NCBI GenBank assembly: GCA_977020255.1
Contig: CDROCS010002432.1
Coordinates: 124,001-188,000, forward strand
DNA from: Obrimoposthia wandeli
Lineage: Eukaryota
Direction: 5' to 3'
DNA length: 64,000 nucleotides
Part shown: piece after piece, positions 51,220 to 62,453 of the stretch
How the letters are laid out: every line of letters begins with the position of its first letter
Position numbering within the stretch: the stretch's first letter is position 1
The notes under the pieces: model-generated
The model's input: the letters and a program-made list of their open reading frames with translations, nothing else
Databases searched by the model: none
What the model was told of the DNA's origin: nothing
Program-made: the position numbers and the translations under genes

Positions 51220-52377
51220 TTAAAAGTCCCATATTTGTGCATAATCATATCTCAATCCAATTGAAATTGAGCTAAAATCAGCTAATTGATCAAAGTTTCT
51301 ATATAAATACTCTATGTGGAATTTAATATCAGCGTTCGGTAACCATTCTAATGTTAGATTGGCGCCATCATGATCTTTAGTTAATGAATTTACCTTATCA
51401 TCTTTAAAATCAAAATAGCCTGCTTTTAATTTGTAATTGTTAGACAATGGATAAGCTACAGATAGGTCAAATGTGTGGCCATTTCGTCCTGTGATATCTT
51501 CACGTTTGTAATCTTTATTTTGGTAGGCAACAGCTGCATAAATGTCATTATCAAACGTATATGCCATAGCAACAGCATAAACCTTATCATCACCTAATTT
51601 AGTTTCTGATGCGAAAATACTTTGCTCTAAATATGTTGCAGCTAAGTGGAAGCCGCCTTTATCATAACTTACCCCTGCATTTAACATATCACTATTATTA
51701 TCGCCCTCGCTGCCATTAAACTGACTAGTTACCATCCATGTTAAATCATTTTTTTTCAATTGATATGAAATCATATTATTCACAAAAAATGGGCTCTCGA
51801 CATCATAGGCATACGGGCTATTACTGTGATCAAAAATATCGCTATATTCAGCAATAAAAAGATATTGCACAGGTCGCTGTTTACCAATCGCCACTTTACC
51901 GTATGGCGTATCTATACCGGCATATACTTGTCGTGCTTTACCTAAATCAGCATTATCAGATAAATCAATACTCCATTCACCATGCAAAATAGCAGTCCAA
52001 CCTGTTTGGAAGTTATAAGTTGACTTAAAGCCAGCATTTGAAAGTGCATCTCTTACATCGAACGCTTTTACATGGTTTTCATCGTGATAACCCAATGTCG
52101 GTCTTAGCGATGCGTAAACTTTCATATTCTTATTGGTTACTTTTATAGGGTTTACTATGCTTGCTTCTGGTTTTTCTATATCTATAGGCTTATTAACTGA
52201 AGTATCAATAGGTAAGCTACTGTCTAGCAGGATTTTTCTTTCGATGGAAATAATTTTATTTTGAATATGGCTCAGCTGATTTTTTAATAAAGCTAACTCT
52301 TCTTGTATCTCATTCGCCGATACATTGAAAGTAATCATAAAACTTAAGATAACGTAATATAGTTTTGTTTTTTGCAT
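51220..52377 (-). CDS. Gram-negative porin with N-terminal coiled-coil extension
   Basis: Signal peptide, heptad segment EIQEELALLKNQLSHIQNKI, porin motifs ARQVYAGI.TPYG.V.IGKQ, aromatic C-terminus. Confidence 0.75.
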   Translation of the reverse strand: MQKTKLYYVILSFMITFNVSANEIQEELALLKNQLSHIQNKIISIERKILLDSSLPIDTSVNKPIDIEKPEASIVNPIKVTNKNMKVYASLRPTLGYHDENHVKAFDVRDALSNAGFKSTYNFQTGWTAILHGEWSIDLSDNADLGKARQVYAGIDTPYGKVAIGKQRPVQYLFIAEYSDIFDHSNSPYAYDVESPFFVNNMISYQLKKNDLTWMVTSQFNGSEGDNNSDMLNAGVSYDKGGFHLAATYLEQSIFASETKLGDDKVYAVAMAYTFDNDIYAAVAYQNKDYKREDITGRNGHTFDLSVAYPLSNNYKLKAGYFDFKDDKVNSLTKDHDGANLTLEWLPNADIKFHIEYLYRNFDQLADFSSISIGLRYDYAQIWDF

Positions 52378-52636
52378 AATAGAACCCTATAAAATTAAGT
52401 AACTCGAATCTGTAATAACAGAAGGTAAACTCTAAAATACTGTTCTTTGAATACTTTATGCTTTTTACACTTTATCGAACGCTTTTATTCACTTTGCGTA
52501 TCAAACACATGCATGAAAGCTAAAGTGCACAAGAGGCATTGGCGAGAACAATCATGCTATAAAACTCTCGTCGTGTTCAAAGTGTTTTTAAGCGAAATAA
52601 ATTTCAACCTTAAAAACTCAATAGCATCTAGTTAAC

Positions 52637-54494
52637 TCAAACTTTAAACTTATCTAAAATGTTATTTTGATCTCTAACACTTTGTAATTGTTCGTTTGTA
52701 GCCTGATTTGCCTGGCTGGCAGATTCAGAAACTTGAACTGATAAGTCTTTGATCTTCACTGTGTTAGTATTTATTTCTTCTGCTACTAGACTTTGTTCTT
52801 CAGCTGCAGATGCAATTTGTATATTCATATCATTAATACGTTTAATTGCGTCATGGATTTGGTGTAATGCGTCACCTGTTTTTTGCGCTTGCTCAACAGT
52901 GCTATGTGCAGCTTCTTGGCTTGCATTCATTGCCAATGAAACGGTTGTTGCACCTGATTGCAATTTATCAATCATCGTACGAATTTCTGTTGTAGATTCA
53001 GTCGTGCGAGAGGCTAAAGTTCGCACCTCATCAGCAACCACAGCAAAGCCTCGTCCTTGCTCGCCTGCTCGGGCGGCTTCAATCGCAGCATTTAATGCTA
53101 ATAGGTTTGTTTGATCGGCAATATCATTAATAACTTGTAATACCGATTCGATATTGCTGTGCTTCCTGCGACAATAACCGCGGCTTGTTTCAATACGACG
53201 CATCGATTAATGACGTTGTTCTGTCCACGACTTCGGAGCCAAGCTTAGTAGCGTCTTCTCCTTCTTGGGCTGCTGATGCCGCACTCTGTGCATTCGATGC
53301 TACATTGGCAGCCGTCGTTGCCATTTCATTCATTGCAGTAGCTAATAATTCAATTTCTTGTAACTGTACCGTCATCGCACTAGAAGATTGCGAAGCTCCT
53401 TCACCCATAGCCACCGCACCTTGATATATTTCAACGCCATAGGCTTTTAGCTGGGTAACTTGGCCTTGCAGGTTTTCTGTAAAGGTATTAAAACCAACGG
53501 CCAACTCTGAAAATTCTTTGTCTGTTTTGGTATTTAAACGTTTGGTTAAGTCACCATTACCTGAAGCGACATCATTAATCGCCTCATTTAGCGCATCAAG
53601 AGGATAAAGCAGTCTACTCATCAAAAATTGCAATATTAAAGTGCTAATAATTAACGCAAGTATACTGTACAAAATAGCATTGTCTCGCATGTTGTAGATG
53701 GACTGATATGCTATTTTTTCATCTAATAAAACACCAATATACCAATCTTGATTCAGTACTTTATTAAACCTAAGGTTATATTCTTTACCTTCAATATTTA
53801 CCTGTGATATTGCTTGAGTATTGATTATTGAATCAGGTAGAAAAACATCCATATTTTTACCGTTATAACTTGCTTCTGGATGAGCAATAACAGTGCCTGT
53901 TTCCGTAACAATAAAAAGGTAACCTGCGTTAAAAAGCTTAACATTATTAATAAGATTAGATAAAGTAGCGAGACTCAAATCAAAAAATATTGAGCCAATA
54001 AATTTACCATTGTCATTTATTGGTGTAGCAATAGAGATAAGTATTGTACCCGTTGCAGAATCAGCATATGGTGCGGTGATAATTAAATCGTTTTTTTCTT
54101 TAGCACTTTTATACCAAGGGCGAACTCTCGCATCCCAATTTTCTCCGGGGTTCCAGTTAGGATCATTTTTAAAGTATGGATCATTTGTTTCAAACCCCCC
54201 ACCAATGAGTATAAATGAATCTTTAATAGCGGGCTGAGTAATTATACTGGTGATAGACTCATTGGTTGGATTACCTTCTATTAATGATGTTGCATATTTA
54301 GCCATCGCTTTTTTACTATCTAATTCTGATGCAACAGTGTTACCAACACCTTGAACAATATCAGAAATACTTTCCTCAATTGTTTTGTTTAATTCGCTTT
54401 TAACATTTAAATACTGAGTTGTATTGAGTAAACCAATAGTAATTAATAATAATGCAGAAGATGCAAACGCTATTTTATGAACAAATTTCATCAT
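52637..54494 (-). pseudogene. dCache-type methyl-accepting chemotaxis protein broken by clustered indels near 53150-53200
   Basis: WDARVRPWY and APYADS.TG (dCache_1), HAMP, then signalling hairpin in ORF 52637..53203. The junction passes through three frames (...LIDA / RIE / QAAVIVAG / SNIESVLQV). Confidence 0.85.
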
Positions 54495-55115
54495 TTTCTC
54501 TCAAAAAGTCATATTATCTGAATTGATTAACTCACTAGCTAATCGCTCTATATCAATAACTTATTCTTAGATATACTGAAAAGAAAACTATAAATTTGTA
54601 TTATTCAGTATTTATCAGCTCAAGTTGATCAAATTTTAGTATAAGTTATAAATTCAATATCGATGGATTAATTACGTATAATTTTGATATTAATCAGCTT
54701 TATGAATGACTCTTGGCGTTTATTTGTGCTTAAAAAATAAACGACTATAAGCTTAAGTCCATTAAATTAGCTATCTTTATGTGGTAGTCAGAAAAGAGTC
54801 TGTATGCTGTATAGCTTTGGCACAATAAGCTCAGTGTTCTATCAAACTACCAATAAAAAGTAGCCACGTTCAGTAAAATATGAATAAATAAATTTGATAT
54901 ACATTATGTTCTTGGTTCGCATGGAGACCGTGTTACGTTTTATTAAATGTAATTAGGCGTTAAGTGATTAATATTTTTGCTGTAGCAGTATAGTGAGACC
55001 AAATATTCTTATAATAACCTGACTGAGTATGTTAAAAATGTTGGTTTTTACACGCTATTATTAACCGTTAATAATAGCTAATTGGTAGTTCACGTCGATG
55101 CTGTTTTTTAGGCAC

Positions 55116-55141
55116 AAAAAAAGACGCTACAAGGCGTCTTT
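55116..55141 (-). terminator. Intrinsic terminator after tRNA-Ile2
   Basis: Minus strand AAAGACGC-CTTGTA-GCGTCTTTTTTT. Confidence 0.85.
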
Positions 55142-55152
55142 AATCGTTAAGA

Positions 55153-55229
55153 TGGTGGCCCCTCCCTGACTTGAACAGGGGACCTGCCGATTATGAGTCG
55201 GATGCTCTAACCAACTGAGCTAAGGGGCC
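55153..55229 (-). tRNA. ileX: tRNA-Ile2 (CAT anticodon, lysidine-modified, reads AUA)
   Basis: Reverse complement GGCCCCTTAGCTCAGTTGGTTAGAGCATCCGACTCATAATCGG...GGGGCCACCA; acceptor stem and anticodon loop match E. coli ileX rather than tRNA-Met; lies downstream of rpoD as in E. coli. Confidence 0.9.
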
Positions 55230-55271
55230 ATCTTTTTATAATTGCTTGTGAACCAATAAAGGTTTATCTAA

Positions 55272-55309
55272 GCGGCGGGAAGTATAAGCATTTTTTATTT
55301 TGTTGTCAC
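55272..55309 (-). promoter_or_regulatory. Sigma70 promoter of tRNA-Ile2
   Basis: GTGACA-17 nt-TATACT-TCCCGCCGC. Confidence 0.65.
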
Positions 55310-55401
55310 CATTATAAAGTTAAAAAACTCGATAAAAAGGTCTGTTAGTATAATAGTTGAGCGATTTGCTATGTCATTAATCGCCCAACAGTGATTATTA
55401 G

Positions 55402-58158
55402 CTATTTTAGTTGTTTTCTGGTTAATAAAATCATCATAAATATTATGAAATAAGCTATTGAGCCGCCACCCGATGATTTACTTTCTTTTGGTAAAGGCAA
55501 AGGTGTCGTTACTGGTGGAGTTATTACGGTTAACGTGACTGTTTCACTGGTTGATAATCCCTTAGAGTCAATAGCGGTGAATGATAATGTTAATTCTCCG
55601 GCATCAGAAGGAGCTACAAAGCTAGTAACTAAAGTGTCAGGGTTAATCAAATTAATGCTCGTGCCCGCAGTTTGTTGCCATAAGTAGGTCATAGGATCAT
55701 TTTCATTGTCTGTTGCCGTAGCGCTTAGGTTGACCGTTGCTCCTGTATTTATTTCACTATTTTCAGTTATTGTTACTGTTGGTGCTGAATTATTGTCATC
55801 GTCTGAAATCGTAACAGTGAAGGTGGTTATAGTGCCTAAATTACTCTCGGCTACTGGCGATAAGGTAAGGGTAAACACTTCATCAACTTCATTGTCTTGA
55901 TCATCGATAATGGTGAGTGTAATATTTTTCTCCGTTGAATCACCATCGGCCCAGTTTACGGTTCCTGACGCTGATTCTACATCTTTACCAATAATCGCTG
56001 TACCAGCGCTTAATAAGTATGAAACTGACACGGCGCCTTGTGAACTGCCTTGTCGAGCAAGTACTACGTTGAGGGTACCTTGGTTTTCAGCTACAGTGGC
56101 TTCAGCCACAGTGAACGCTATTGCACCATTGTCGATAGCACCATCAATATTGACAGTTAAATAGCTATTACGGCCCAACGTTGCTCCGTTACTTGGTTGA
56201 CTTAAGCGAACAAAGAACTTTTCTTGAAACTCTTCACCTGTTGAATCGTTGGCGATATCAATATTGATAGTTTTGTCCGTTAAGTCATTTTCAGCCCAAG
56301 TTAATGTGCCGGAGATTGGCGTGTAATCACTATTTTCTTGTGCACTACCAGGCAATAGTTGATAGTTAACGCTCACGGCTTCGTTTGTATTACTGGCGCT
56401 ATCACGCTGGATGCTAACAGCTAATGTTTCACCTTGGTTTGTGTCTAGCGCTTTACTATTAAAACCTATCTTTCCTTGTGTAGACTCTCGTGTACGGTCT
56501 TTTAAAATATATAAGCCACTACCAATATCGCTAACTAAAATATTTCCTGAAGGTAAAAAAGGGTAGGTACCCCAAGCTCCATTAAAGCCGGCGTTATTTG
56601 ATGGTGTGTATGTATCAAAAAAGCCAACATCCACTGGATTTGCTGGATCAGTAATATCTAATACCGTTAAGCCGCGCTCATAATTCGACATGTAATATCT
56701 ATTACCACGTACAAAGCCGTTATGGTCTATAGCGCGTGTTGGGCCTGTCCATTGTCCTACTTGAGTGGGATTATTAAGGTCGGCAATTGAAAAAATACGT
56801 ACAGTCGAGTTTAAACCACCGTCTTTTTCGTCAAATTCGTCATGCAAGAATATATGTTGTTTATCTTCAGTGCCCCAACCTGAGTGTACGTATTGATCGC
56901 TTTTAGCTACATCGTCGTATTCACCTGTGCCGAGTAACGTTGTTGCTGAAGTGTCGGTAATATTCCAAAGTTTCATTTCTTTTTCATTAAAATCGATGAA
57001 AACGACGCAGTCACCGCCACCGGTATTACATTGGCTGTCTTTTCTACTATCGGTAATATTGATCGATGCACCGTCGTGGGTATAACCTGAGCCAAAAGAT
57101 GTATTTGGCAATGCAACTAGTGTTGCTGGCGTTTTTAATGAGTAACTATGAAACGCACCACTAAATTTGTTACTGCCCACTAGCTGTAAACTTGGTGTTA
57201 AGCCGGGTAAGGCGGTGTTAAGTGTATAGTCAACATTGGTGATGTAGACATTGTGCGCTTGACTAACAACTCTATTTTTCTCAACTAAGCTAACCGAATT
57301 GGGTAATTGGTTAAGATTGATAATGGTAACGTAGTCGGTTGTGCCATCTATTGTGGCGTAAGCATAGGCTTGCCAAGCATTGATGGCACGGTCAAAATAT
57401 TGATAAACTTTAATATCGCGCCAACTAGAATTAAGCCCTGAAATTGTACCAACTTCTTGTGGATCTTCTGGGTTAGTTACATTAACTACAGCGATACCAT
57501 TACGTAAACCGATTAAAGCATATTCATCACCCGTGTTTAAATCTACATGTCCCCAAATATCATTAGCAGCATTTGGGCGGCTAGAAAATTCATTTAAAGG
57601 CATATGTGCGAGTAAATCTATATTGCTACAAGCAAAGCTACCAGCTAAGCCATCAACGCAATCTACACTTGTTTGCTTTTCATTAAGGGTATAGTAGCTA
57701 TCAAGCTTACGTTGAAGGGCTTTACTTTCTGGACTGTTCTCAGCGAATAGCGACTTACCATCGGCAACTATAATAAAACCTTGTTGGCGTAGAGGCTCAG
57801 CCATATCCAGAGGAATATTAGTTAATTTGGTTGGGTTGGTCGCAGGGCTTTGACTTTGAAAGTGATCGAAACGATTATATCCACCTAAAATAGGCACTAG
57901 TGCACTCTTTAGGTAAAACAGCTCTTCACTTGAGTTGATGGTGTATTCACCAGCCGAGACTAATATATTATCGCCTTTATTCGCTTGTTGGACTGCGTAA
58001 GCAATAGTTTTACAAGGCCTAAGTACCTGATCGCACTTTCCTGTGTCTTTACCTGTAATGGAAACAAAGCGTGCTTTATCATGCTCAGAATGTGCAAATG
58101 CTTGGTGGCAACTGAGTAAAGTTACCGTCACAAATAATATCCATGCTATACGTAACAT
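55402..58158 (-). CDS. Choice-of-anchor B family surface protein with two Calx-beta domains, a PKD/Ig-like repeat and GlyGly-CTERM tail
   Basis: Signal peptide AFA|HSEH; CVDGLAGSFACSNIDLLAH, NDIWG, WRDIKVY, HSGW, DHN, SNYERGL, GAWGTYPFLPSG; Calx-beta (W..GD...K.I...I.DD...E.DE.F); SSGGG-TM-RK end. Confidence 0.85.
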   Translation of the reverse strand: MLRIAWILFVTVTLLSCHQAFAHSEHDKARFVSITGKDTGKCDQVLRPCKTIAYAVQQANKGDNILVSAGEYTINSSEELFYLKSALVPILGGYNRFDHFQSQSPATNPTKLTNIPLDMAEPLRQQGFIIVADGKSLFAENSPESKALQRKLDSYYTLNEKQTSVDCVDGLAGSFACSNIDLLAHMPLNEFSSRPNAANDIWGHVDLNTGDEYALIGLRNGIAVVNVTNPEDPQEVGTISGLNSSWRDIKVYQYFDRAINAWQAYAYATIDGTTDYVTIINLNQLPNSVSLVEKNRVVSQAHNVYITNVDYTLNTALPGLTPSLQLVGSNKFSGAFHSYSLKTPATLVALPNTSFGSGYTHDGASINITDSRKDSQCNTGGGDCVVFIDFNEKEMKLWNITDTSATTLLGTGEYDDVAKSDQYVHSGWGTEDKQHIFLHDEFDEKDGGLNSTVRIFSIADLNNPTQVGQWTGPTRAIDHNGFVRGNRYYMSNYERGLTVLDITDPANPVDVGFFDTYTPSNNAGFNGAWGTYPFLPSGNILVSDIGSGLYILKDRTRESTQGKIGFNSKALDTNQGETLAVSIQRDSASNTNEAVSVNYQLLPGSAQENSDYTPISGTLTWAENDLTDKTINIDIANDSTGEEFQEKFFVRLSQPSNGATLGRNSYLTVNIDGAIDNGAIAFTVAEATVAENQGTLNVVLARQGSSQGAVSVSYLLSAGTAIIGKDVESASGTVNWADGDSTEKNITLTIIDDQDNEVDEVFTLTLSPVAESNLGTITTFTVTISDDDNNSAPTVTITENSEINTGATVNLSATATDNENDPMTYLWQQTAGTSINLINPDTLVTSFVAPSDAGELTLSFTAIDSKGLSTSETVTLTVITPPVTTPLPLPKESKSSGGGSIAYFIIFMMILLTRKQLK

Positions 58159-58298
58159 CCGATAGTCCTCATGTTAATAAAATGTTATAAATGCTACTTT
58201 AGCGCACTAATATAATTTTTACATCATTGCTTTGAGCTGGCATTATTTATTTTTGCTGAAAATTTAGCCTTTATACTTATAACGGATCGTTGGAGCTT

Positions 58299-59186
58299 AT
58301 GCTAATTAAAAAAAAGTATGCGTTATTTATCATTATTTTGGTTTTACTTTGTGCTTATTGTTATACCCAAAGTTTAATGTCATTAACCAGTAAATCTATG
58401 AAGGTTCAGTTATTGTGGCAGAATGAATCACTTAACTGCCAATCAACCTTCACGGCAGGCCAAGAAAATAACACCTGGTTTATTGAGCAATTTCAATTTT
58501 TTATTAGTGATATTCAATTTGGCTCAGACTCTTCAGGCTGGCAGCCAGCAAAATTAAGCAAAACTGATTTTCAAACCAATAGCACTGTTTTACTTGGCAC
58601 TAACTGCTCAATGAATCAACAAGATATAACCTCAACTCATCAAGGCAGCTGGAGTATTGAGTTTGCCGCAGACACCGTAATGAATGATAGCAGTCGAATG
58701 AGGTTTACTTTAGGTGTACCGTTTGAAAGCAATCACTTAAACCCAATCAGCCAACAAAGCCCGCTTAATCTATCCTCTATGTTCTGGGTTTGGCAAACAG
58801 GACACAAATTTTTACGCCTCGAACTTGCAGGCAACAATAAACAATGGCTATTTCATTTAGGCTCGACGGGATGTTATTCAGCAAGTGTAATGCGCGCCCC
58901 GAAAAAAGCTTGTCGCTATCCAAATCGCTTTGATTTCGATATCCCCATTGCTAATAACGATGGCGAGCAACTCACGCTCAATGTTGACCTAGCTGAACTT
59001 TTGAAAAATGTACCATTGACGATAACATCAAGTTGCCAATCAGAAGCTGATAGCGTTAATTGCCAGCAATTATTTACTAACTTATCTCTGCACAAGGAAA
59101 GTAACAGCACTGAAAATGTCGCTGAAATTTTTGTTGTCACGACTGCTAAAGATATTAACAAAGGCGCTGATATTGAAGTTGAATAA
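58299..59186 (+). CDS. MbnP-family copper-binding periplasmic protein
   Basis: FTLGVPFESNH.NP, MFWVWQTGHKFLR (WxW), FHLGSTGC, C.YPNR. Confidence 0.8.
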   Translation: MLIKKKYALFIIILVLLCAYCYTQSLMSLTSKSMKVQLLWQNESLNCQSTFTAGQENNTWFIEQFQFFISDIQFGSDSSGWQPAKLSKTDFQTNSTVLLGTNCSMNQQDITSTHQGSWSIEFAADTVMNDSSRMRFTLGVPFESNHLNPISQQSPLNLSSMFWVWQTGHKFLRLELAGNNKQWLFHLGSTGCYSASVMRAPKKACRYPNRFDFDIPIANNDGEQLTLNVDLAELLKNVPLTITSSCQSEADSVNCQQLFTNLSLHKESNSTENVAEIFVVTTAKDINKGADIEVE

Positions 59187-60315
59187 ATATAAAGGCACTG
59201 TAACTGCTATTACTTTGAGCATTTTTCTTTTAGGTTGTGATGTAACAGAAAAAAAAGATAACGATTATCAGTGGCCGATCCTTGATGGTTTCCCTAAACC
59301 ACAAGTTCCTGAAAATAATCCTATGAGTGATGAGAAAGTCGCACTTGGGAAAAAAATATTTTTTGATAAAAATTTGTCCGCTAATCAGCAGCAATCTTGT
59401 GAGAGTTGCCATCAACAGCAGTTTTCATTTTCTGAATCCTTATCTGTGTCTGTAGGCTCAACAGGAGTGTCGCATCGGAGAAATGCACCAGTGCTAGTCA
59501 ATGTTGCTTATAACAAAACACTGACTTGGGCGCATGATGGTATTACGACGTTAGAGCGACAAATATTACTGCCGATGTTTGCTGAATCGCCCATTGAATT
59601 AGGTATTACTGGTCATGAAAAAGAAGTTTTAGCGCGTTTTACTAGTAAAGAATATGTTGAGCTTTTTGCTCTCGCTTTTCCTGAACAAGTGCTGAGTTTT
59701 GAGCTTATAGTAAAAGCGTTAGCGAGTTACGTGCGAAGCTTAATTTCATTGAACTCTCCTTTTGATCAATATGCATATTTGGGTGACGACCATGCTATTT
59801 CTACTTCTGCTATTCGCGGCATGAATTTGTTTTTTTCTGAACGTCTAGAGTGCCATCATTGTCATGGCGGGTTTAACTTCACACAGTCAACGGGGCATGA
59901 ACAACAGTTAATTGATCGCAGACCATTTCATAATACCGGTTTGTATTATGTTGAAAACCAAGCTAGAAAAGCTGGTTATCCGACTATAGACACTGGGCTT
60001 GCTGAAATATCGACGATAACAAAAGATAATGGTCGTTTTAGAGCGCCAACGTTGCGCAACATCCGCCATTCAGCTCCTTATATGCATGATGGTAGCGTCG
60101 CTACACTTGCTGAGGTTATCGACATTTATGCTGCTGGTGGTCGTAATATTGAGCATGGATTATATCAAGGGGATGGCCGAGCTAATCCCCTGAAAAGTCA
60201 GTTTATTAAAGGTTTTAAATTAACGTCGGATGAAAAACTAGATCTGTTAGCATTTCTTGATACGTTAACTGACGAAGAATTTTTGACCTCGTCAAAGCAT
60301 CAGCTAAATGAGTAG
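59173..60315 (+). CDS. MbnH-family di-heme cytochrome c (bCcP/MauG superfamily)
   Basis: NP...KVALG..IFFD..LS, CESCH, RNAP.L.NVAY, CHHCH, FRAPTLRN....APYMHDG. Start uncertain (59116 or TTG 59173); possible lipoprotein LLGC. Confidence 0.88.
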   Translation: MKLNKYKGTVTAITLSIFLLGCDVTEKKDNDYQWPILDGFPKPQVPENNPMSDEKVALGKKIFFDKNLSANQQQSCESCHQQQFSFSESLSVSVGSTGVSHRRNAPVLVNVAYNKTLTWAHDGITTLERQILLPMFAESPIELGITGHEKEVLARFTSKEYVELFALAFPEQVLSFELIVKALASYVRSLISLNSPFDQYAYLGDDHAISTSAIRGMNLFFSERLECHHCHGGFNFTQSTGHEQQLIDRRPFHNTGLYYVENQARKAGYPTIDTGLAEISTITKDNGRFRAPTLRNIRHSAPYMHDGSVATLAEVIDIYAAGGRNIEHGLYQGDGRANPLKSQFIKGFKLTSDEKLDLLAFLDTLTDEEFLTSSKHQLNE

Positions 60316-60415
60316 AGTGAAGTGCTTTAGGTAAGTGATATTTTTCAATACTATCGACATTCCTGTTTAACTTTTACTGTAATTTTCACTTCCACTTTCA
60401 GCATAAATTTAAGAC

Positions 60416-60444
60416 AAAAAAAATCCAGCAATTAGCTGGATTTT
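60416..60444 (-). terminator. Terminator after rpoD (probably bidirectional with mbnH)
   Basis: AAAATCCAGC-AATTA-GCTGGATTTT with an 8-A run on the + strand. Confidence 0.8.
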
Positions 60445-60477
60445 ATATTTTTCTGTCAGCTATAAAGCAGCTGAAAA

Positions 60478-62316
60478 TTACTCGCCGTCTAAGAAACTCT
60501 TAAGTTGCTCAGAGCGTGAAGGGTGACGTAATTTACGTAACGCTTTTGCTTCAATTTGACGAATACGTTCACGTGTAACGTCAAACTGCTTACCAACTTC
60601 TTCAAGGGTATGATCGGTGTTCATATCGATGCCAAAACGCATTCTTAACACTTTTGCTTCACGTGCAGTTAAACCCGCTAGAACTTCATGTGTTGCATGT
60701 TTTAAGTTTTCAGAAGTCGCTGAATCAACAGGTAATTCACCGCTACCATCTTCAATAAAGTCACCTAAGTGAGAATCTTCATCATCACCAATTGGCGTTT
60801 CCATTGAAATTGGTTCTTTAGCGATTTTTAACACTTTACGAATTTTATCTTCCGGCATGATCATGCGTTCAGCTAATTCTTCAGGTGTTGGCTCACGACC
60901 CATTTCTTGTAACATTTGACGTGAAATTCGGTTAAGTTTATTAATCGTTTCAATCATATGTACCGGAATACGAATAGTACGCGCCTGATCGGCAATTGAA
61001 CGAGTAATCGCTTGGCGTATCCACCACGTAGCATAAGTTGAAAACTTATAACCACGACGGTATTCAAATTTATCAACGGCTTTCATTAAACCGATGTTAC
61101 CTTCTTGAATAAGATCCAAGAATTGTAAACCACGGTTAGTGTATTTTTTAGCAATTGAGATAACTAAACGTAAGTTAGCTTCAACCATTTCTTTTTTCGC
61201 ACGACGAGCTTTTGCTTCGCCGATCGACATACGACGGTTAATGTCTTTAATGCCGTGAACATTGAGATAAGTCTCTTCTTCTATCATGTTCAATTTGTAT
61301 ATGCAGCGCTCAACATCTAATTCGATGTCAGCCATTCTCTTCGAGTGAGGAAGACCTGCTGCTTTTTGTTCTTCAAACCAATCTTTCGAGGTTTCATTAC
61401 CAGGGAAGATTTTGATGAACGTTGTTTTTGGCATACCAGCACCAACCACACAGTGTTTCATGATCAAGCGTTCTTGAACACGTAAACGGTCCATAACACT
61501 GCGCATGTTTTTCACTAAGCGATCAAATACTTTTGGTACAATTCTAAATTCTTTAAATACTTCAGCTAGTGCATCAATGGCTGATTGTGCATCAGCATGA
61601 CCACGCCCTTTAGCTTTGATAACGCCATTGGCAAATTCGTATGCTGTACGTAAGTCATTGAATTTTTCGCGAGCTTCTTCAGGGCAAGGACCGGTATCTT
61701 CTTCTTCCTCGTCTTCATCATCGTCTGATTTATCTTCATCTGCCAATTCTTCTTTAGACAGTTCAGAGCCGATATGAGTCGCTGCGGCTGGAATTTCTTC
61801 ATCTTCAGCATCAGGGTCTAAAAAGCCAACGATAATATCGCTCAAGCGAACTTCTTCAGCTTCAAAGTTATCCCATTGCTCAAGCAAGTAGTTAATTGCT
61901 GGCGGGTATTCTGAAACAGAACGTTGTACTTCTTTGATACCTTCTTCGATACGCTTAGCGATAACAATTTCGCCTTTACGTGTCAGAAGTTCCACTGTAC
62001 CCATTTCACGCATATACATACGTACGGGATCTGTAGTTCGACCGATTTCACTTTCAACAGTAGCAAGTGCTTGGGCAGCCGCTTCAGCAGCATCTTCATC
62101 AGTATTACCTTCTGTCATCATTAACGTATCGTTATCTGGTGCAGTTTCGAATACTTGAATACCCATGTCGTTGATCATTCTAACAATGTCTTCAACTTGA
62201 TCTGAATCGATAATATCCTGAGGAAGATGATCGTTAACTTGTGCAAAAGTTAAATAACCTTGCTCTTTACCTTTGGTTATTAACTCTTTAAGTCTAGATT
62301 GCGGGGCTTGATCCAT
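60478..62316 (-). CDS. rpoD: RNA polymerase primary sigma factor
   Basis: [58 protein letters not shown]. Confidence 0.98.
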   Translation of the reverse strand: MDQAPQSRLKELITKGKEQGYLTFAQVNDHLPQDIIDSDQVEDIVRMINDMGIQVFETAPDNDTLMMTEGNTDEDAAEAAAQALATVESEIGRTTDPVRMYMREMGTVELLTRKGEIVIAKRIEEGIKEVQRSVSEYPPAINYLLEQWDNFEAEEVRLSDIIVGFLDPDAEDEEIPAAATHIGSELSKEELADEDKSDDDEDEEEEDTGPCPEEAREKFNDLRTAYEFANGVIKAKGRGHADAQSAIDALAEVFKEFRIVPKVFDRLVKNMRSVMDRLRVQERLIMKHCVVGAGMPKTTFIKIFPGNETSKDWFEEQKAAGLPHSKRMADIELDVERCIYKLNMIEEETYLNVHGIKDINRRMSIGEAKARRAKKEMVEANLRLVISIAKKYTNRGLQFLDLIQEGNIGLMKAVDKFEYRRGYKFSTYATWWIRQAITRSIADQARTIRIPVHMIETINKLNRISRQMLQEMGREPTPEELAERMIMPEDKIRKVLKIAKEPISMETPIGDDEDSHLGDFIEDGSGELPVDSATSENLKHATHEVLAGLTAREAKVLRMRFGIDMNTDHTLEEVGKQFDVTRERIRQIEAKALRKLRHPSRSEQLKSFLDGE

Positions 62317-62453
62317 TGACGAGTGTCCACCTATTTATGGCTATCAAAATTAAAACAGTAAGCCGGAAATTATAGCGAAATGTTTACTAAATTACCAGTG
62401 ATAAACTGTTCTATGTCGTTAATTTAATACTGAGATAAATTCAGTACCTTATG

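Noticed and set aside
46400-55150. Prophage or integrative element at ileX
   Set aside because: No integrase, phage structural genes or att duplication seen.
55153-55229. tRNA-Met call for the CAT-anticodon tRNA
   Set aside because: GGCCCCT/AGGGGCC acceptor stem and position downstream of rpoD match Ile2; no initiator C1:A72 mismatch or three G-C anticodon-stem pairs.
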